64,000 nt of DNA from Bacteroidales bacterium (GTDB taxonomy: Bacteria > Bacteroidota > Bacteroidia > Bacteroidales > ML635J-15), in the NCBI GenBank assembly GCA_027858835.1, contig JAQIBY010000139.1, forward strand, positions 611 to 64,610. Reading direction: 5' to 3'. The number at the start of each line of letters is the position of its first letter. The stretch's first letter is position 1. The notes below the pieces were generated by a model. That model did no database searches, was not told the origin of the DNA, and saw only the letters and a program-made list of their open reading frames with translations. Both the position numbers and the translations under genes were made by a program. Positions 58,110 through 64,000 of this stretch are shown in pieces.

Positions 58110-59966
58110 TTATGAGGATTGTGTTTCTAATAGCTTAAAAACTTCTGATTCGTTTTTGTTTTTTATTTCGTTAATGATTTTTTTAGTTTGTACTTGTTCA
58201 AGTTGTGTTAGTATTTGATGTAATTCCCATTCATTTGAAAATTTATTTAATACTGATTTTAGTTTATGTATTATTTCTGTATCTTTTGATGTTTTGTCAT
58301 AACCTGATTCGGAAAAATAAGTTTCAATGCGAATAAAAATTTGATTTTTTTTCTTGCGATTTACTTTATCAATGTTCTGCTTTAGGTTATTGATGTATTT
58401 TTTTTGAAATGCGGAATAAATACTAACATGAAAAAATACAGCTAAAAGCCATATCAAAAAGACTGGATATGAGAAGATATCAATTATAGTAGCGATGTAT
58501 TTAGGCCATTGATGATTGAATTTCTTTTGTTTTTGTGTTGTTAAATACAATGAGTGTTGCATAAATTTTCCTGCAATAAAGTTAAAGTTTATCCATCGGC
58601 TGCTATATAATTTGTCTGCATAATATTTTTGAAGTTCTCTGGTTGCAAGTGTGTTTCCTCCTTGTTTGCAATACCATTGCTCTGAGCGAGGATTTAAAAT
58701 GCTATACTTTTCCGGGAATTTGTAAGTTCTGGAACCAGCTAAAATTTTACAGGTTGCAATAGATGGTTTAATATTATACTTGATAAATCCTTTAATGAAA
58801 CATAGCGTTTTTAAATAACTCATTACATTTTCACCGGGAAAACCAACAATAATGTTAAAATTAAAAGAAATTCCAATTTTATAAATGTATTTTAGTTTAC
58901 GTCGTGCAAGTTTTGGAGTAAACTGTTTATTCATCTTTTTTAAAATCCGTTTGCTGCCGCTTTCAATGCCAAAATTGAGATACGAACATCCTGATTGTTT
59001 CATCAATTGAAATATGTCTTTTTCAAGCGAATAATGAACTGCAATTTGAGATGTCCACTTAATATTTGGGGTGTCTTTAATCAGGTTGTGGCATAATTCT
59101 CTGAGGTAATCTGCTTTTCCGCCAATATTAGAGCCAGTAAACCAAAGGGTATTTACAGGGTAATTTTGCTTTAAGTGAAAGTTGATTTCATTTGTGATTT
59201 GTTTTGGATCACGAACTGTGTATTTTTTGTATGCTTTACATTCGTAACAAAATGCGCATCGATTGGTACAGCCTTTAGTTACGAGTATGGGTAAATATTC
59301 AAAGCGATATTGAGAGGTGTTGAAGCAATTAAACGCTGAAATCGGAATTGCTGAAATATCGCTGGTTGCATCCCCTGTATAGTATGGAAATGATTTCTGT
59401 AATGAACGTATATAATATCCTGGTGTTTCAGTAAAGCGTGAATGCTTGTTGTAAAACGTTAATAAATCTGGCAATGACTGATCTCCATCGGCAGTGCAAA
59501 ACACATCCACTTCCGGCATGTTGTGAATTATATTTTCAGTTTTCCCGAAAGCATTGAAGCAGTATGGTCCGCCCCAAATCGTAAGCATTTTAGGAAATGT
59601 TTTTTTTATCTCTTGGGTAAGTAAACGGGTGAAATGGAAACTTGTGTAATGCACTGTAAAACAAGCAGCAAGTTGTGGGTTTTGTCTAAAGTTTTCGAGT
59701 ATGTTGTCTATACTTTTACGTGCTAGTTGATAGGCTGTTAATGCTTTTTCCTCAGTATTCCAAAATGTGTCAATATGCGAAAAATCCCATGAGGAGATTG
59801 GAATCTCAGAATCAGGATTTTGATGCAACTGTTGGAATAAATCAATATTTAGGTCGTAGCAAGTAACTTTAAATGCTTTGTCTTTTAAAGAAGCTGCTAG
59901 GATACTTAAACTAAGGGGCGGAGTATCTGTAATCCAAGCCGGACATTGAATTAAAGCTATGTTCAT
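58110..59966 (-). CDS. Cobalamin-binding radical SAM protein with a C-terminal hydrophobic helix
   Basis: PPLSLSILAASLK, YDLNI, WGGPY, DGDQ B12-domain features; TKGCTNRCAFC CxxxCxxC; FGIESGS, IIVGFPGE. Confidence 0.9.
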   Translation of the reverse strand: MNIALIQCPAWITDTPPLSLSILAASLKDKAFKVTCYDLNIDLFQQLHQNPDSEIPISSWDFSHIDTFWNTEEKALTAYQLARKSIDNILENFRQNPQLAACFTVHYTSFHFTRLLTQEIKKTFPKMLTIWGGPYCFNAFGKTENIIHNMPEVDVFCTADGDQSLPDLLTFYNKHSRFTETPGYYIRSLQKSFPYYTGDATSDISAIPISAFNCFNTSQYRFEYLPILVTKGCTNRCAFCYECKAYKKYTVRDPKQITNEINFHLKQNYPVNTLWFTGSNIGGKADYLRELCHNLIKDTPNIKWTSQIAVHYSLEKDIFQLMKQSGCSYLNFGIESGSKRILKKMNKQFTPKLARRKLKYIYKIGISFNFNIIVGFPGENVMSYLKTLCFIKGFIKYNIKPSIATCKILAGSRTYKFPEKYSILNPRSEQWYCKQGGNTLATRELQKYYADKLYSSRWINFNFIAGKFMQHSLYLTTQKQKKFNHQWPKYIATIIDIFSYPVFLIWLLAVFFHVSIYSAFQKKYINNLKQNIDKVNRKKKNQIFIRIETYFSESGYDKTSKDTEIIHKLKSVLNKFSNEWELHQILTQLEQVQTKKIINEIKNKNESEVFKLLETQSS

Positions 59967-61375
59967 TTGGTTTTTTTATTTTTGATTAATAGTGCTTTTC
60001 CCTCATCAAATAAATTTTTAAACTCAAACCATGTACGTACAGTTAATATTCGTTGTAATATATAGGAAGGTCTTAAGTAGAATTTGCGTACAGCCTTAAC
60101 CTTTAATTTAAATAATTCTTCATTTGTGAATTTTTGATTTTTCCAGATTGGTTTACTCGCAGACGATTCCGTTTCCCAATGGTCAGTTTCTATTATTCCC
60201 ATTTCAATGGCATTTTTGCGAAATTCGGTTCCGAAACGTGGTGAAACAATGTTAAAAGATGCATAGTCTATTGGTAGTTTCCGAGCAAATTTTGCAGTAG
60301 CACAAACAGAATCACGTGTTTCTCCGGGAAATCCAAGCATGAAAAACCCTCCAACTTTTATTCCTGCCTTTTTGATTTGTTTTATTGATTGATATGTTTC
60401 TGAAGTCTTAATTGTTTTTTTATGTTTGTGTAATACCTCTTCATTTGCTGATTCAATTCCAATCATTAAGGTATGACATCCGGACTTTTTCATTTTAATT
60501 AATAGTGAGTCTTCCAAAACATCTGTGCGGGAAAGAGCGGTAAACGAAAACTTCAAATCAGATTCATGCATTGCATCTAGCAGTTGGTGAGTGCGTGTTT
60601 TGTTGACTCCAAAGGTTTGGTCGCGGATATAAAGCTCCTTAACTCCCAAGATTTTTAGTTTTTTTAGTTCTTCAATAACATCTGGTATAGGTCTTAATTT
60701 GAATCCAAGCGTGCTTACAGGGCAAAAATCACATGCATATGGACATCCAAAATCGGTAAGAATACTTGCAAAAGGTTTTCGCTGCGCAAAGGGAAAGTGA
60801 TAGGCATTAAGATTAAATTTCTCCCACTGAGGAGTAGGAACTTGCCATTCTCCCTTGCCATGTTTTTCTTTTCCTATAATGAGCTTATTGTCAGATCGGT
60901 ATATGATATTAGGGATGATTTTATTTGTTGTCCTTTTCAGATAGCTTAGAATGTCATCCGATGAAAAATCAAATAAAATTGCATTTAAAAATGGGTTGTC
61001 AGTTAGTGCGTTTTCTTTAAAATCTCTGAAAACATCTCCTGTCGCAATGATTTTGCAATGATTTAGTTCTTTTTTTACTGCCTCGATAAATGTCATGTCT
61101 TCAGCGTAAGAGGGGGCTGAACTTAAAAACACAATAACATTTGGGTTCAAATTTAAAACCTGATTGACACATTCATTTTTTGACAATTTTTCAGCAATAG
61201 CGTCGATGACAAAGATATTTCCAAATTCTGCCAGTCTGCCGCTTAAATACACTAAATCAATCGGATGGTAATAATATTTTGCTTTGGATACTTTTGCACA
61301 ATAGTAATCCCGAAAATACATTTTACTTCCAGGTGGATTTAAAAGCAATATTTGATTTGTTTTAGTGTGTATCAT
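59963..61375 (-). CDS. Cobalamin-binding radical SAM protein (BchE/HpnJ-like architecture)
   Basis: ILLLNPP, HPIDLVYLSG, VIDAIAE; GCPYACDFC; IGIESA, FMLGFPGET. Confidence 0.9.
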   Translation of the reverse strand: MIHTKTNQILLLNPPGSKMYFRDYYCAKVSKAKYYYHPIDLVYLSGRLAEFGNIFVIDAIAEKLSKNECVNQVLNLNPNVIVFLSSAPSYAEDMTFIEAVKKELNHCKIIATGDVFRDFKENALTDNPFLNAILFDFSSDDILSYLKRTTNKIIPNIIYRSDNKLIIGKEKHGKGEWQVPTPQWEKFNLNAYHFPFAQRKPFASILTDFGCPYACDFCPVSTLGFKLRPIPDVIEELKKLKILGVKELYIRDQTFGVNKTRTHQLLDAMHESDLKFSFTALSRTDVLEDSLLIKMKKSGCHTLMIGIESANEEVLHKHKKTIKTSETYQSIKQIKKAGIKVGGFFMLGFPGETRDSVCATAKFARKLPIDYASFNIVSPRFGTEFRKNAIEMGIIETDHWETESSASKPIWKNQKFTNEELFKLKVKAVRKFYLRPSYILQRILTVRTWFEFKNLFDEGKALLIKNKKTK

Positions 61376-62375
61376 TTATACCCGCTGAAGTAATGTTTTT
61401 ATCCTCTTGATTATTAATGTTTTGCATTTCTTTAATGTAGTATTGTTTTGCATTGCCTTGTTGGTGGTAAATCCGAATTAATACTTCGCTTTGAATTCCC
61501 ATTAAGCCTAAAATTATCGTAATCAAAATAAATAAAACAGTTAATAAAAGCATAGGGTTTCCTGTCATATCAGTACCCCAAAATATTTTCATTAAAATTA
61601 CAGCTAATCCAGAGATGACACCAAGTAGCAAGCTGACAATTGCAAACCCGCCATAAAGATAAATTGGCTTTGTGCTGAATGAACGCATAAATTGCACCGT
61701 AATCAAGTCAAGCAGCACTTTAAATGTACGATTCAGACCGTAATGTGATTTTCCATGTTTACGTGGGTTATGATTTACCGGTATTTCAGTGATTTTTGCC
61801 CCGATTCGGGCTGCGAGAACAGGTAAAAAACGATGCATTTCTCCATAAAGACTAATGTCTTTAAGAATTTCTCTGCGATATGCTTTTAATGAGCAACCTA
61901 GGTCATGTACTTTTACTTTGCTGATTTTTCGAATTAGATAATTTGCCAGTTTGGAAGGTATTTTCTTGAAGAACAGTCTGTCTTTTCTGTTTTTACGCCA
62001 ACCGCTTACGACATCATAACCTTCATTTAGCTTATCAATTACTGCCGGGATGTCAGCTGGGTCGTTTTGCAAATCCGCATCCATGAAAACCAGAATATTT
62101 CCTGTGGAATATTCGATTCCTGCCGCCATTGCAGCGGTTTGTCCAAAATTTCGTCGAAACCTGATAAGTTTTACATTCGGTTTTCCCAATGATAATTCCT
62201 TAAGTAACTCGTAGGAACCGTCTGTACTGCCATCATCAACAAAAATTATCTCCATCGCTTCTGAAATTGATTCTGTGTTGCTCTCAATTGCGTTAAGCAA
62301 TGGTTTTAAGTTTTCCCTTTCATTATGAACTGGAATTAGAATAGAGATGGGAAATGGTACAGCCTTTTGAGTCAT
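61362..62375 (-). CDS. ArnC/GtrB-like polyprenyl-phosphate glycosyltransferase (GT2)
   Basis: IPVHNE, VDDGSTDGS, RNFGQTAA, MDADLQNDP, YDVVSGWR, GEMHRFLP, two C-terminal TM helices. Confidence 0.93.
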   Translation of the reverse strand: MTQKAVPFPISILIPVHNERENLKPLLNAIESNTESISEAMEIIFVDDGSTDGSYELLKELSLGKPNVKLIRFRRNFGQTAAMAAGIEYSTGNILVFMDADLQNDPADIPAVIDKLNEGYDVVSGWRKNRKDRLFFKKIPSKLANYLIRKISKVKVHDLGCSLKAYRREILKDISLYGEMHRFLPVLAARIGAKITEIPVNHNPRKHGKSHYGLNRTFKVLLDLITVQFMRSFSTKPIYLYGGFAIVSLLLGVISGLAVILMKIFWGTDMTGNPMLLLTVLFILITIILGLMGIQSEVLIRIYHQQGNAKQYYIKEMQNINNQEDKNITSAGINDTH

Positions 62376-62548
62376 ATTAGATGGTTAATTTCCGAAAATA
62401 CTGTAAATATACAAAACATATTTTTAAAGTATAAGATAGATTTATAAAATTGCCAAATTGCCAATTTACTTGTTTTTTTCAACACGTTTTTTGATTATTG
62501 TGTTTTATTGTTATATTTATGTCATAGTTAATTAACGGAGTCGATTGA

Positions 62549-64000
62549 ATGTGTAAAAGGACAAATATAAACCCAATTGTATTGCTGTTTTTATTACTGC
62601 ACATTCTATTTTTACTGCTTGTTATTTTGTATGCATCAAGGACTAGTTTTGTCGGAGAAATTGAATTATATTCAGATGACAATTTTCAGATAATTGCAGA
62701 AACACCTGTTGGGACGACAATTGATTTTCAAACGGATTCTTTCGATACAATTACAATTTCTGAACGAACATTTAGATGTATTGAGCTCCGAACACAAGAT
62801 GATAAGAGTGTTTTAATTGATGAGGACTTTCCAAATGACACCGTTTATACTTTTAGCAGTACTAAAATTCATTTTCAATCAACTCCTTATGTGAAATCAA
62901 AACTTTCTGGAGTTTTTCTTTTTATTATTACTAATACGCCTGCTTTAAAGCTCTATTTAAGCTTGATATTACTGGGTGTTCTGTTTTTTTTATTTCAATT
63001 TTTATTTTTAAAGAAAAAACGAAGCCTTTATAAAATCAGATATTTTAGATTTCTATTAAAACGAAAAAGTGCAAAAAGGGAAATTAAAAAACCTGTTTTA
63101 AATCGCATACAATTTATTTTAGTGGTTGTCGGATTAATTGCTATTATACCTGCTTCTTATCTTAGGCTTGGGCAGTATCCATTTTCGCAAGGTTCAGAAG
63201 AAAGGAGAAGAGCTCTTGTAAGCCTTGAAATGAAGATACAACACGAGTATTTAAAACCTACTGTATGTGGGGAGCCATATTTTAATAAACCTCCACTGTT
63301 TAATTGGTTTTTAATCCCATTTGTGGATAAAGATAATGTTGAGTTTAATACCAGAGCAATATCAGTTAGTTTCCTATTGCTGGCAGCTTGTATTGTAATT
63401 GCATTATTGAAAAAAAGCAGAGGGTTGCGACATGCTTTGCTTGTAAGTTTTATGTTTCTCTCGTCAACTTATATAGTTACAGAGTTCTCTATGATTTTAA
63501 ATCTTGATACGTTTTTCGCTTTACTACTTATACCATTGTTTTATTTAAATTTCAGATTAGCTAATAAGGGGAAATTTTATGCAATGTTTATAATAGGATA
63601 TTTTCTTACTTCATTGGCTTTTATGACTAAAGGCTTTCCGGCACTTTGGTTTCAGGGTGTTTCTGTTATTCTTGCTTTATATTTTACGAAAAATTTGCGA
63701 AAGCTAATTAGTTTTCAACATTTATGCGGCATTTTGTCCTTTCTGATTCTACCCCTGCTTTATTTTACTTTGCAGGCTGAGTTAATTGATTCTAAGCTTT
63801 ATATAAATCAACTAATAAAGGAAACTTTAATCGCAAATAATTTCTCGTTTTCGGATATTGTATTGCACTTTTTTGCATTTCCTTTTCTAAACATACTGGC
63901 ATATTTGCCGATGGCAATACTATTGCCGGCATTATTGCTTCGCAGAAATATTATTTTAATCTTAAAAAACAAGGAAATAAGTTATCTTTTGTTTATGTGC
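62549..64000 (+). CDS. ArnT/GT83-like GT-C membrane glycosyltransferase (partial, absent from the ORF track)
   Basis: Manual translation from ATG 62549 (MCKRTNINPIVLLFLLL) continues to SEERRRALVSLEM...PTVCGEPYFNKPPLFNW and LAFMTKGFP, which are ArnT signature motifs; many TM helices; runs off the window. Confidence 0.85.
   Translation, partial: MCKRTNINPIVLLFLLLHILFLLLVILYASRTSFVGEIELYSDDNFQIIAETPVGTTIDFQTDSFDTITISERTFRCIELRTQDDKSVLIDEDFPNDTVYTFSSTKIHFQSTPYVKSKLSGVFLFIITNTPALKLYLSLILLGVLFFLFQFLFLKKKRSLYKIRYFRFLLKRKSAKREIKKPVLNRIQFILVVVGLIAIIPASYLRLGQYPFSQGSEERRRALVSLEMKIQHEYLKPTVCGEPYFNKPPLFNWFLIPFVDKDNVEFNTRAISVSFLLLAACIVIALLKKSRGLRHALLVSFMFLSSTYIVTEFSMILNLDTFFALLLIPLFYLNFRLANKGKFYAMFIIGYFLTSLAFMTKGFPALWFQGVSVILALYFTKNLRKLISFQHLCGILSFLILPLLYFTLQAELIDSKLYINQLIKETLIANNFSFSDIVLHFFAFPFLNILAYLPMAILLPALLLRRNIILILKNKEISYLLFMC

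Overview
AT-rich chromosomal window from an anaerobic Bacteroidota (Bacteroidales/Marinilabiliales-like). The assignment rests on TAnnTTTG -7 promoter boxes, no obvious Shine-Dalgarno motifs and several type IX secretion (T9SS) C-terminal domains. Housekeeping genes are metG, pdxA, pepA, dnaG, korAB, ahpC, proS, arcA and tRNA-Arg(CCG). Peptidases are unusually dense: a papain-like T9SS cargo, an M16C lipoprotein, M17, a Lys-gingipain-like C25, S9B, M15D and M43. The main points of interest are: (1) a probable sulfonolipid (capnine) operon, sulA/capB plus a cysteate-synthase-like gene, behind an intramembrane-sensing two-component system; (2) a four-lipoprotein CsgG/HfaB-PEGA-like-DUF4810-DUF799 cassette; (3) a candidate ECF-sigma-driven small RNA; (4) a GC-rich structured intergenic element and a two-copy palindromic repeat; (5) a decayed T9SS cargo gene; (6) a surface-glycosylation locus joining two cobalamin-dependent radical SAM enzymes with an ArnC-like GT2, an ArnT-like GT-C and a GT32. 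I saw no CRISPR array, integrase, transposase or rRNA. All family calls are from motif recognition by eye; no database searches were run.
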